The notes beneath the pieces were generated by a model. It saw only the letters and a program-made list of their open reading frames with translations. It ran no database searches and was not told where the DNA came from. From NCBI GenBank assembly GCA_044226015.1, contig JBGAHS010000009.1:32001-96000 (forward strand): a DNA stretch of 64,000 bases. The letters run 5' to 3'. This document shows, one piece after another, positions 1 to 9,306 of this stretch (the first letter of the stretch is position 1; each line of letters opens with the position of its first letter). The position numbers and the translations under genes were made by a program. Source of the DNA: Candidatus Obscuribacteraceae bacterium. Its GTDB lineage: Bacteria > Cyanobacteriota > Vampirovibrionia > Obscuribacterales > Obscuribacteraceae.

Positions 1-2
1 AT

Positions 3-626
3 CTTCGCTCAAACACTGGTGGAACCGAATTAGGTTCGAGACTTCATATTGATAGTTCTGGAAAGGTTTCTGAAGTCTCTTTTTCAAATACTGGCGATCA
101 ACTTTTCATGAGAAAAAATGCGGATGGAACCTGGAAGATGTACTCGGGAGTAACTCCAGACGGGAAAACCGCACCTTCTGATTATATGTGGAAAGGAGAA
201 GTAGAAGCTGTTCGGAGTGCAGCTGGCAAGGTTGAGTCTTTGCAGTTCAAGTTTCCGGATGGACACACGGTCAGCATGCCAAAAACGTTGGACAATGCTG
301 CAGACCTCGCCAAAGCTCTGCATGACACAGGTTCGTTCTTGAACTTCGACAAGAATTTCCGCTATTTGCGCACAGATGCTGATGGCAATATGTTTTTGAA
401 AACTCAGTCTGCGACCCTTAATGGCAAGCCTGTCGCCGATGCTGAAGTTCCGATTAAGCCCATGGATGACGTGCGAATAGTCTTTGATATAGGTGACCGC
501 TATTCAATTCTGAAGGACTACTTCATTGGATGGTCTAAGACTGACTCAGGGTTCAGAATCAATAAAACCGAAATTAAGCCTGATAGTATTTATGACCTAA
601 ATCGTCTTTTGAACGTCGGTTACTGA
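3..626 (+). CDS. C-terminal part of a hypothetical protein (runs off left edge)
   Basis: Frame of ORF 108..626 stays open back to position 3 (LRSNTGGTELGSRLHID...); no recognisable family. Confidence 0.7.
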   Translation, partial: LRSNTGGTELGSRLHIDSSGKVSEVSFSNTGDQLFMRKNADGTWKMYSGVTPDGKTAPSDYMWKGEVEAVRSAAGKVESLQFKFPDGHTVSMPKTLDNAADLAKALHDTGSFLNFDKNFRYLRTDADGNMFLKTQSATLNGKPVADAEVPIKPMDDVRIVFDIGDRYSILKDYFIGWSKTDSGFRINKTEIKPDSIYDLNRLLNVGY

Positions 627-1133
627 TTTTCCTGATGATGTAGCATCTTCGGGCGGTCGATGTCGGTATTCCCATGGAGCTGCGGCATTCGAATCTTGCC
701 ATAAACCACGTTTCTGTTTTCTGGCTATTTCTTCCAGTTCATGCCTGTGTTCATCTTTAGAAAATTTGCTGTACCACCAGGCGTAACCGTGTTCGAGTAG
801 AAGGTCATTTAGGTTCGATCCGTCAGGTAAAATCACGTCAGCCAGGAATCGGCGATATCTATCGTGTCCTGTACTAACGATTTTGACTGTTTTAGAAAAG
901 GATTTTTTTGAGGTGAAGAGCTTAGCTTGCTGACCAAATGCCTGGGTCTTTTCCGGGCAATCAACGCCATTTAATCGAATCTTCCGTACATTCCCGTGAA
1001 CCAAAACTGAAATGGTATCACCGTCGCTTACGCCCACAACCTTGCCTTTGAATGTTTCGATTTTGGCACCAGCGGGTAAAATCGACGACGCCAGAAGTGT
1101 GCAGAGAAGCAGCGAGCTTTTGAAATTTGCCAT
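597..1133 (-). CDS. Thermonuclease (SNase-like) family protein, exported
   Basis: Signal peptide MANFKSSLLL...AGA; motifs VSDGDTI, IRLNGVDCPE, DRYRRFLA, LLEHGYAW, ARKQKRGLW; overlaps the convergent ORF by 30 bp. Confidence 0.92.
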   Translation of the reverse strand: MANFKSSLLLCTLLASSILPAGAKIETFKGKVVGVSDGDTISVLVHGNVRKIRLNGVDCPEKTQAFGQQAKLFTSKKSFSKTVKIVSTGHDRYRRFLADVILPDGSNLNDLLLEHGYAWWYSKFSKDEHRHELEEIARKQKRGLWQDSNAAAPWEYRHRPPEDATSSGKSVTDVQKTI

Positions 1134-1400
1134 AATGTCGAGCCTCAGATGCCACTGTATCAGATGGCATTCTTGTGCCCGTTTATTCCTGGCGTATATC
1201 ACTTCGTGTCAAAACAGATCACCTTATCAGATTGATGATCCCTGTTTTGAATCGTCAGACGCTAAGCGAAGCATATCTGAGCTCAGTCAATTTAGTTTTT
1301 GCTAAGTCTCGTACTGCTATCAGCTAGCTGCGTCGTTGAATCGGTAACGAACTGCTTCAGCTATTCGCGTCGTTGAATCGGTATCCGCTTTAGTTGCTTC

Positions 1401-1427
1401 GAGCACCCAATCGGTAACTGGGTGCTC
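1401..1427. terminator. Stem-loop downstream of 1430..1930
   Basis: gagcaccca-N9-tgggtgctc, 9-bp perfect stem. Confidence 0.5.
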
Positions 1428-1429
1428 AA

Positions 1430-1930
1430 TTATGGTTTCGGCTGCACACCTTTCTGAAGCGCCGCAGTCAAATCGTCGATTGAATCGCACAGAGAGAGTC
1501 CTGTAGCTAGACCCAAAGCGACCACGTTTGAGACTGTGGTGTTGATACGATTGAAAAAGTCTTTTTTCATCACTCCTACCGAGTGGTGGTTTTCAGTTCC
1601 TTCAGGTGCGGGTTTGAGACTGCATGCATCGCCTAACGTGTCGCGTCGAGATTCTTTTGCCACTGCGGGTCTGAGACTGCATGCGTCATCGAGTGTCGCA
1701 TCATGGTCAATATCAAGAATGAATTCTTCGACCGATGGAATTGAGGTCAGCGCTGGAATGGATTCTGATCCAACCACGTTGAATTCCTTCAGATTCCTGC
1801 AGCTTGAGTCAAAGCTGTTGGAACTTGTCTGCAGTCCATTTGCGTGCTCAGAAGGGCAGCAGGCGCTCTCTTGTGCTCCAGCAGGAAGCGCTAGAAGCAC
1901 CAGGCACAGAAGAGGAATCAATTTGTTCAT
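1430..1930 (-). CDS. Exported hypothetical protein, Cys-containing, with 19-aa internal duplication
   Basis: Signal peptide MNKLIPLLCLVLLALPAGA; TLDDACSLRPA / TLGDACSLKPA. Confidence 0.7.
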   Translation of the reverse strand: MNKLIPLLCLVLLALPAGAQESACCPSEHANGLQTSSNSFDSSCRNLKEFNVVGSESIPALTSIPSVEEFILDIDHDATLDDACSLRPAVAKESRRDTLGDACSLKPAPEGTENHHSVGVMKKDFFNRINTTVSNVVALGLATGLSLCDSIDDLTAALQKGVQPKP

Positions 1931-2041
1931 AGCTTCACCAGTGAAAAGGACATCTAATTGTTTTCCATCCCTGGCTGTTTGCTCGCCTTGTCATAACACT
2001 TTCAAAAGTGATCCGGCTGACGCTTCTTAGCCATCCAAAAA

Positions 2042-2075
2042 CGAAAAACGAATTTGCCGAGCAAATTCGTTTTCG
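2042..2075. terminator. Probable intrinsic terminator (bidirectional-looking)
   Basis: aaaacgaatttgc-cga-gcaaattcgtttt, 13-bp perfect stem with A/T tracts. Confidence 0.65.
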
Positions 2076-2156
2076 ATACTTTGTTTTCACTTGTCCGCAG
2101 GGTTGGTGTTGCACCAATGAGCTCAATCCCTTAAGCCCCCCACTGGGGAAACTGCG

Positions 2157-2324
2157 TTAATTCTGTTTGCAAGGTTTCCAGATGACTGTGCAGACATTGT
2201 TATTGCAAACTGGTTCGGTGTGGACCTCACTCCGGTTTTTAGAGTCTTCTTCCGCGCTCGCATTGCTCGGGTTGACTGTGGTGTTTTGAGACCGTTTGTT
2301 GGAGTTTGAATTCGTAGTCTTCAT
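2157..2324 (-). CDS. Small 55-aa protein with Cys/Trp-containing C-terminal motif (below ORF-track cutoff)
   Basis: Hand translation MKTTNSNSNKRSQNTTVNPSNASAEEDSKNRSEVHTEPVCNNNVCTVIWKPCKQN*; AAGG upstream of ATG; hairpin downstream. Confidence 0.6.
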   Translation of the reverse strand: MKTTNSNSNKRSQNTTVNPSNASAEEDSKNRSEVHTEPVCNNNVCTVIWKPCKQN

Positions 2325-2522
2325 GACGGGATACCTTAGTCCTTGCCTTTTCCTGATGATTATTATAAGGATCTAATCACCGGAGACTATGTGGAAATCC
2401 GCAATTTCGAATCTGCAATTAAAAATTTCCGAAACTTGCGTCTTAACTGAAGGGCTCGGAAGCTTGTACATTCCCGGCTTCTCAGTCAGAATCTTCTTCG
2501 TGTCTTTTTCGAGGATTTTTCG

Positions 2523-3227
2523 ATGACTTTCAGAAGGCTCATCTCAAATAAACCCATTCCAGCAAATCTCGAAACTCCTGACAACGAAAGGGCTGGGAAA
2601 TTTTTGCATATCGTGGTTGTGTGTCTACTTTTAGTAGCGTGTTCGAATCAATCGAATGAAACAAAATTGATGAAACCGACCACCGAAGCCGACCGAGCAG
2701 CTGCACGTTTGAAACTGGAACGAATGAAATTGGAAAGAGTTCAACGTGAACAGGTAGCCGCAGAGCAGCAGCAAGCCGCAGACCAGAAGGCTGCAGAGGC
2801 AGAAGCCGCCGCGCAAAAAGCTGCTGAAGAAGCAGCCAAACCCCACTATGATCCGGTGAGACTGAATATGGCAGCCAAATGGCGACAATGGGCTGATATC
2901 ACCATTCCCGACTTCAACATTCATGGATGGTTGAAGACAAATTGGGTTGACGGCAAAATGCATTTGCGTCTTGCGTTATTGGGCGAAAAGGATGCCTTGC
3001 GCATTTTTACGGGGCAGTGGCCGTATCTACGACTCGTTTTTGCTGACCAGTCTGGGGTGAATTTGCATCAGTGCACTCTAGCGACTTCTGACCTGAAGTG
3101 GGACCAGGGCGGTTTGCGGAACAGTGGCACACCAACCATGGAGTTCGAGTCTGACTCAGAATGTTCACTTGAGGTTTATGAATCTATTGTGCAGTGGAAT
3201 CTAAAATGGGAAACAAGTATCGATTAA
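2523..3227 (+). CDS. Hypothetical lipoprotein with Ala/Gln/Glu coiled-coil stalk
   Basis: Hydrophobic stretch ending LLVAC (lipobox-like), A/E/Q-rich helix, globular C-terminus. Confidence 0.7.
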   Translation: MTFRRLISNKPIPANLETPDNERAGKFLHIVVVCLLLVACSNQSNETKLMKPTTEADRAAARLKLERMKLERVQREQVAAEQQQAADQKAAEAEAAAQKAAEEAAKPHYDPVRLNMAAKWRQWADITIPDFNIHGWLKTNWVDGKMHLRLALLGEKDALRIFTGQWPYLRLVFADQSGVNLHQCTLATSDLKWDQGGLRNSGTPTMEFESDSECSLEVYESIVQWNLKWETSID

Positions 3228-3239
3228 CCCGGAGTCTCT

Positions 3240-4049
3240 TTGATGAAATGTTTTGTCCACGCAATCTGTGATTATGCGCCTGGTGACCTGGCTTGGGCGG
3301 AGGTCTTCTCTGCTATGGTTGCTCGTCTGCCGGAAAATGTTGGACTTCATCTGACATCAGTTGGCTCTTTTGATACCATCGCTACGGGTTTTGTTGTCGC
3401 ACAGCTTTCGCTGGCTGATAAAGATTTGCGCCCCGAAAACCTGGTCGTGTTTGCTAATTGTGCGCCCCGAAAAGACCTTAAGGAGGCTCGGGACAATAAT
3501 GCGGGCGAAGGCTTGCTTTATGGATTGATGAGAAATGGTGTGCGTGTCCTGGCTGTGAATAGTGGCTATTCCATGTCGTTCATAAGAGAGGAAATTTCCG
3601 AATTGTGGTCTGTAGATGTTGAAGAAGAAGGCTCGCAATTCCGGTCACGCGATTTCTTTCCGCGTGCGTTGTCTCGGTTGATCAAGGAAGAACCTGGGCT
3701 CAAGAAGCAACTGCTCAATCCGATGGACGTAATTTGGGATTATCCTGAAGAGGTAATCGGCTACATCGATTCGTTCGGGAATTTGAAGACTACTATTCGT
3801 TCGGGAAGCAAGTTGCTTTCTGAGTTAGTTCCGGGCTCAAGAGTTAAGGTGCGAATAGGTACTGTTGTCAGAACAGCGACTGTTGCATCTGGAAGTTTCA
3901 ACGTGATGGAAGGTGACCTTGCCTTTGCTCCAGGTAGTTCAGGGCATGGAAAGAGGTTTTGGGAATTTTTTCAGCGGGGAGGTTCTGCTGCTGCTGAGTT
4001 TGGACATCCCCACGTTGGCTCTAACATTCTGATTGAACGGATTGCTTGA
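3240..4049 (+). CDS. SAM hydrolase / SAM-dependent halogenase family protein (DUF62), divergent
   Basis: N-terminal ICDY, QFRSRDFF (cf. TFHGRDIF), YIDSFGNLKTTI, C-terminal GSAAAEFG. Confidence 0.8.
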   Translation: MMKCFVHAICDYAPGDLAWAEVFSAMVARLPENVGLHLTSVGSFDTIATGFVVAQLSLADKDLRPENLVVFANCAPRKDLKEARDNNAGEGLLYGLMRNGVRVLAVNSGYSMSFIREEISELWSVDVEEEGSQFRSRDFFPRALSRLIKEEPGLKKQLLNPMDVIWDYPEEVIGYIDSFGNLKTTIRSGSKLLSELVPGSRVKVRIGTVVRTATVASGSFNVMEGDLAFAPGSSGHGKRFWEFFQRGGSAAAEFGHPHVGSNILIERIA

Positions 4050-4081
4050 GTCGTTCAGTTAGCATCTGAGAAGCTGCGAGT

Positions 4082-5122
4082 TTATGCGATTTCGAATCGG
4101 TAATACCCGAGATAGGTAAAACGCGGGTCTGTTTGTGGAAATACATCACATTGCTGCCAGACTGCACGCAATGACGGTGCATTATCGCTCAGGCTGAATG
4201 TATTGCCCGACCTGAAAGAGCCATCTGTGCAGCTGTGTAGCAGATATATTCCCAGGTGTTCCATCAACTTTCTGGTTTCCCTTATGATACTTTCTTCGTT
4301 AAGAGTGGTGCCAAATATGGTGCTTGCATCCGTCTGTTTGATCTTAAAATCTGGAATACCCAGGTGGTGCAATCCGCAACTTATAAATTCGTCTTCAAAG
4401 CGAATGGGAAGTTGCACGAATGCAAAAAACAAAAGCTGCCAGAACACCACCGGTCTGGGCGCTTTTGCCTCTTCAATTGCCACGTCGCGGGCAAGGTCTT
4501 TCCAGACTTTGTTTGAATGCGACAAGTATGCGCTGTTACAAAAAACCTCAAGTACTCCAATGTCGATTAGCTTACTGATCAGTTTCAGTGTTTCAATACT
4601 GTTTTTTACTGCTGACGAAGAATCGAATGGCTTCGTTTTTACTTCGAAGATGGCTCCGTGTCGTGAAAGTTTTTCCTGCTCGCTAGCATCCATAGGAGGA
4701 GCAAAAGACGAACGTGCATTAGATGCATCGGCTGCAAGACTCTGATTAGGAGGCATGATTTGATATTCGACATTCGCCATTTGCAATAGCTTTCGTATTT
4801 TTGATACTTGATCGCGCTCGGCAAATACCGTGTAAGTAAGTTGGGGTAGCTTGCCCGCAGAAAACTTCTCGTATTTGATCTTATTCCATCCATACCATGC
4901 GTTGAAGGGATCTACATCTTCAAATTCCTGAGCCGCCAGGAAATCTGCAAGTTTGTTTTTCGGAATCTTGGCACAAGGTGCTGTGTCTCTGATCTTCATG
5001 ACCTGATCTTCAGTGAGCGGATGGTCTTGTTCTGACTCGGCAATTGCCAGTGTTTTGGCAAGTGGTACAACATAAACGAGTGCTTCGTTTTCTGATATCT
5101 CGATGCTCTTATTTTCAGTCAT
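4082..5122 (-). CDS. Hypothetical protein, DUF4261-like C-terminus
   Basis: SCGLHHLGIPD and FRSGNTF motifs typical of DUF4261; distinct N-terminal domain PLTEDQVMKIRD...DVDPFNAWYGW. Confidence 0.6.
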   Translation of the reverse strand: MTENKSIEISENEALVYVVPLAKTLAIAESEQDHPLTEDQVMKIRDTAPCAKIPKNKLADFLAAQEFEDVDPFNAWYGWNKIKYEKFSAGKLPQLTYTVFAERDQVSKIRKLLQMANVEYQIMPPNQSLAADASNARSSFAPPMDASEQEKLSRHGAIFEVKTKPFDSSSAVKNSIETLKLISKLIDIGVLEVFCNSAYLSHSNKVWKDLARDVAIEEAKAPRPVVFWQLLFFAFVQLPIRFEDEFISCGLHHLGIPDFKIKQTDASTIFGTTLNEESIIRETRKLMEHLGIYLLHSCTDGSFRSGNTFSLSDNAPSLRAVWQQCDVFPQTDPRFTYLGYYRFEIA

Positions 5123-5149
5123 TTTTGTTCTCGTCTTACTGCGATTTTC

Positions 5150-6553
5150 CTAAATCTTGTGGTGCTTCCATGAACCTCGATGAAACCATGCCATCGCGAT
5201 AACTGCACCTACTACAGAAGTTATCGCTATAGCTATCCAACTGCCTAGAGCTCCCATGTTCATCATCAGCGTAAAGAGGTATGCTAGTGGCACTCGCACC
5301 ATTAATAGGCAGAAAGCAAAGAACAACATCGGAATTCGGGTGTAGCCTGCGCCTTCCATCGCACCGAATAACACCAGCCATACTACGGTGATTGGCTCGG
5401 AGATGCCGAGCACTTGCAGGTATTGAGTTGAGTAGAGTTCGACATTTTTGTCGCTGGTCATTAGATGTGCTATTGGCTGCGCTGCAAAAAACATGATTGT
5501 TCCAACAATTGCCATTAACACAAAACCAATTCCTGCAGCCTGCCAACCTACCTTTGTGGCGCGGTCGAGCTTCTTGGCGCCTAAATTCTGCCCTATGACA
5601 GTTGAAACGCCCATAGACATCGCAAAAATTGGCAGCCCTGCAAGAACGTCTTCCACTCTCAGCCCTACTGCCCAGGCTGCTTGATATTCTGTGGGATTTT
5701 TTGTTTGCGAAAAAATTAGGAAGAGTCCAAAGTTGCTGGCTACCCAAGAAAGGTCTTGCAAGCAAGCTGGTAAGCCAATCGCCATGATACGCTTCATCCA
5801 ATTCATAGAAAAATCGAACGGTTTGTCTTTGCTGATTTCTACAGAGGATGATAGATTCGACTTTTTAAAAGCTATCAGCATTAACAAGCAGCCAATTGTG
5901 CTTGCTGCAAACCATGCGATTCCCACTCCTTTTATGCCAAGTTGAGGCGGTCCCAGGCAGAGAAAAAAATCGAGAATAACAACCATAACTGTGACCATTG
6001 CCATGATGATTGTAGGTTTGGTGGCGTCCCCGGTGGCACGAAAAATTGAATGGCAAACCCATAGTAAAGTTAGTGGCAGTTGAGCCAAAAACTGGATTTT
6101 TAGATATGCAGACCCAAGCTCAGCGACACGATTTGAAGCACCGAGCATATGAAGGAAAACGTCAGTGCACAGTATGCCTACGATGGCGGAGACAAATCCA
6201 AATACCACCGCAGAAAAAATGGACTGTCGCGCAGCTGCCATTCCCTGGGCAAAGTCTTTTGCTCCCCAAAACCTTGAAACGAGTGCGTTAGCACCTGTTG
6301 CGATGGCTATCGCCATGATGATCATTCCGAACCAGACTTGACCACCTATTCCTACTGCAGCTAGATCATCTGGTCCGAGTTTGCCAGCAACGTATGCGTC
6401 AGCGAATGTAGCTGCTGATATGGCAAGCGCATTCAACACCATCGGAATGGACATGCTAGCAATGGCTTTCCAGATGGGGCCTTCTAGCAGCAAATTTATT
6501 TCTTCTTCGCTGAACTCTGAGTGATCGAGTTCGGTTGCTTCAATTTCAGGCAT
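5150..6553 (-). CDS. MATE family efflux transporter
   Basis: ~12 TM in two repeats; D..VAGKLG..LAAVG, RATGDATKP, IGQNLGAK, GAGYTRIP. Confidence 0.95.
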   Translation of the reverse strand: MPEIEATELDHSEFSEEEINLLLEGPIWKAIASMSIPMVLNALAISAATFADAYVAGKLGPDDLAAVGIGGQVWFGMIIMAIAIATGANALVSRFWGAKDFAQGMAAARQSIFSAVVFGFVSAIVGILCTDVFLHMLGASNRVAELGSAYLKIQFLAQLPLTLLWVCHSIFRATGDATKPTIIMAMVTVMVVILDFFLCLGPPQLGIKGVGIAWFAASTIGCLLMLIAFKKSNLSSSVEISKDKPFDFSMNWMKRIMAIGLPACLQDLSWVASNFGLFLIFSQTKNPTEYQAAWAVGLRVEDVLAGLPIFAMSMGVSTVIGQNLGAKKLDRATKVGWQAAGIGFVLMAIVGTIMFFAAQPIAHLMTSDKNVELYSTQYLQVLGISEPITVVWLVLFGAMEGAGYTRIPMLFFAFCLLMVRVPLAYLFTLMMNMGALGSWIAIAITSVVGAVIAMAWFHRGSWKHHKI

Positions 6554-6657
6554 GCAAACCTCACCCCAAAAAGATACTACTTTCGGGAGTGCGCAGCCTG
6601 AAGGCAGCTTAACTATGCTGTTGGCTCAGGTCTCTATAGGTCTTTGGAATTCACTGC

Positions 6658-6927
6658 TCAGGATGCATCCGACGAGGTGTTATCCTCTTGCTTGTCAGCC
6701 CCCATAGCATTCACCAGTGCCGCAACAAATATCCCCACGACTATTATTGCAGCTGCGTTCCAAAGCTTATTGAAGTCTCCTGGCGTTTTAGAAAAATCAA
6801 AGACGAACGCCCCAGCTATACCAAGAAAGGGCAACATAGTAAGCCAGTAAGCGAAGCTCTGTTCGCTTGTCAATTCCGGAACGGCTTCCTCCGGTGGAGC
6901 TGTTTCCACCGCTTCGTTATCAGCCAT
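6658..6927 (-). CDS. Small 2-TM membrane protein
   Basis: Two hydrophobic helices, acidic termini, co-oriented with neighbours. Confidence 0.7.
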   Translation of the reverse strand: MADNEAVETAPPEEAVPELTSEQSFAYWLTMLPFLGIAGAFVFDFSKTPGDFNKLWNAAAIIVVGIFVAALVNAMGADKQEDNTSSDAS

Positions 6928-7043
6928 ACGATTTCCCCCAAGAAGACCTTACCTCTTCTTTGAGCTTACTCTGTCGATTCGTAATTGTCGATAGTTCGCG
7001 TACCTTCGAGAGTCTGCGTTGTCCCGAAATCATTTGTTGCCCG

Positions 7044-7553
7044 CTATTTTCGGGTTTTCATGCCAATCCAGACAGCGAAGCTCAGAGCGAAAAAGCCGAA
7101 TGCTCCCATTACGGTTACAACGTCATAGTCAATAATCTGTTCCAGCACAATCTCTTTGGGATTGTTAGCGTCACAAAAAACTACCGTTTTCTCGCCGTGT
7201 TTTAGCACCCGCCCACTTGGTACCGGTGCTGGTGCCGAAATTGACTGGCCATTGAAGCTGTAGTTCATCATAACTTCTCGGCTGATGCCGAACGGGTCAA
7301 AATGTTCGACGACCTGGTCAACTGTCGCGTCTACCATTTTGTAATTGAGTGATGCCAATCCTCTCGTGTAAGTGCCCAGCGATACGTTGAGCATGAAAAT
7401 TGCTGCAGCAAATAACGCGACTGCTATTAAAAGGAGTCCTACACGCGGTTTGCCTGGAGTGCGGTTTTCCCTGCTGCCGCTTGCCCCTGTCACACCGCCT
7501 TCTTTAGCGCCATCGGTATAATCGTTTTTCGAGTTTGTTTCTTGAGTCATCAT
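7044..7553 (-). CDS. DUF3592-like membrane protein
   Basis: TM - beta-rich domain (YSFNGQ...GEKTVVFCDANNP) - TM. Confidence 0.6.
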   Translation of the reverse strand: MMTQETNSKNDYTDGAKEGGVTGASGSRENRTPGKPRVGLLLIAVALFAAAIFMLNVSLGTYTRGLASLNYKMVDATVDQVVEHFDPFGISREVMMNYSFNGQSISAPAPVPSGRVLKHGEKTVVFCDANNPKEIVLEQIIDYDVVTVMGAFGFFALSFAVWIGMKTRK

Positions 7554-7559
7554 TTTTGT

Positions 7560-8927
7560 TTATAGCACCGATACTAGATTCGATTCCGATTTGCCACCAT
7601 TTTCTTTTGGCTCAGTGTTGGCATCAGCTGTGATACTGCTGAGTTCAGTATCTGTACCGTTGACCTCACTTTCATGTGACAGCTCGGCTGATTCTTCATC
7701 AACAGTGTCTGCATTAAAGGTTTTGCTATCGTCAAAAACGCCTTCCCATCTCGCTAGAACCACCGATGCCAGGCAATTGCCCAGGATGTTCACTGATGTT
7801 CTGGCCATATCCATAATTGTGTCGACACCGAGAATCAATGCGACCCCGGCGAGTGGCAAATTGAAGGTAGATAGCGTGCCAGCAAGAATTACCAGAGATG
7901 CTCTCGGTACCGCTGCAACTCCTTTGCTCGTTAGCATCAGTGTGAGCATCATCAAAATCTGTTGCTCAATGCTCAAATTGACTCCAGCTGCTTGAGCTAC
8001 GAACGGAGCTGCAAGTGAGAGATACAGCGTGGTTCCATCGAGATTGAATGTATAACCCAGAGGCAGAACGAAGCTGACCACATTTCTGGGAACACCGATA
8101 GCCTCCATGTTCAACAGCGCTTTAGGCAAAGCAGCCTCGCTGGAAGTAGTGGAGAACGCTATAACAAATGGCTCTTTAACTGCGTTGAAAAACTTGCCCA
8201 GTGGTACTTTTGCAAAAAACGCAATTGGCAGCAAGACGCAAAGTATGAAAGTTGCTAGAGCAAGATAAAGTGTTCCAACCAACTTACCCAACGAAAATAG
8301 AACACTGATTCCGTGCTCGCCAACTGTGGCGGCGATGGCTGCTGCAACGCCTATTGGTGCGAATTTCATGACGATGCCTGTGTATTTGAACATCGTCTCT
8401 GCAAGTGCATTGCATAATTTCAAAATCGCATCAGCTTTTGCAGCATTTACTGCAGCTGCAAACAAAATAGAAAATACAACTATCTGAAGAACGTCTCCAC
8501 GTGCCATCGAGTCGATTACACTGGCAGGAAACATATGCACTATGATGTCGCCCACCCCTTGCTGCTTCGTGACCAGTTCTGAGGCGGTTGCAGTGCCGGT
8601 GCTAGCCACTGTGCTGAGGTTGATTCCGACGCCCGGTTTCATTACGTTTGCGAATAGAAGACCGACCGCCAGCGCCAGGGTTGTCACTATTTCAAAGTAG
8701 ACAATGGATTTGAAACCCAGTCTTCCAACTGATTTCATGTTCGAGTGACCGGCAATTCCCACGACCAGTGTCGAGAAGACCAGCGGAGCGATAATGCTTT
8801 TGACCAGGTGAAGAAACACATCTGCAAGCGGTTTAACTGCTTTTCCCGCATCAGGAGCCAGCCACCCGAGCAAAATGCCCAGAATCAAACCGATAAAAAT
8901 CTGTAGTGTTAGACCCGGTTTTTTCAC
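7560..8927 (-). CDS. Dicarboxylate/amino acid:cation symporter (GltP/DctA family)
   Basis: AFSTTSSEAALP, GYTFNLDGT, TSKGVAAVP, DMARTSVNILGN; probable GTG start at 8927 after GAGGAG. Confidence 0.95.
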   Translation of the reverse strand: MKKPGLTLQIFIGLILGILLGWLAPDAGKAVKPLADVFLHLVKSIIAPLVFSTLVVGIAGHSNMKSVGRLGFKSIVYFEIVTTLALAVGLLFANVMKPGVGINLSTVASTGTATASELVTKQQGVGDIIVHMFPASVIDSMARGDVLQIVVFSILFAAAVNAAKADAILKLCNALAETMFKYTGIVMKFAPIGVAAAIAATVGEHGISVLFSLGKLVGTLYLALATFILCVLLPIAFFAKVPLGKFFNAVKEPFVIAFSTTSSEAALPKALLNMEAIGVPRNVVSFVLPLGYTFNLDGTTLYLSLAAPFVAQAAGVNLSIEQQILMMLTLMLTSKGVAAVPRASLVILAGTLSTFNLPLAGVALILGVDTIMDMARTSVNILGNCLASVVLARWEGVFDDSKTFNADTVDEESAELSHESEVNGTDTELSSITADANTEPKENGGKSESNLVSVL

Positions 8928-9147
8928 AGGTGGCTCCTCAGGTATATTGCATCGCAATACATTAAGGCATAAGGCGATTTTCCGCCTTAGCAACCGTTCC
9001 TAATTTGGGTTCAATATTACTAACCTTTTGGACGGGTAGAAGCCGCAAAATCCAAATGCCAGTTAACTTTGGCTCTGGCTGGCCCTGAAGCTGAATAACT
9101 AAGCTTCACTCGGGAGCCCTGACCAGAGATACTGGACCAGGTCCGAA

Positions 9148-9168
9148 GCAGGCAGGATGCCTGCGCTC
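9148..9168. repeat. REP-like palindrome, copy 1
   Basis: gcaggca-gga-tgcctgc-gctc; reverse complement matches 37503..37523 at 17/21. Confidence 0.5.
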
Positions 9169-9193
9169 TTATGATCTGTGTGCGCCTGACTCG

Positions 9194-9275
9194 TGGAACC
9201 CAAGTCCATGTGCTGGAGCCCAAATCCATGTGTTGGATCCCAAATCCAAATGATGGAACCCTGACTCCTGTTGGA
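9194..9275. repeat. Degenerate 20-bp tandem repeat (3-4 copies), intergenic
   Basis: tggaacccaagtccatgtgc / tggagcccaaatccatgtgt / tggatcccaaatccaaatga / tggaaccctgactcctgt. Confidence 0.75.
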
Positions 9276-9306
9276 TTTCAGACCTTTCAGACCTATCAGG
9301 ATCCCA

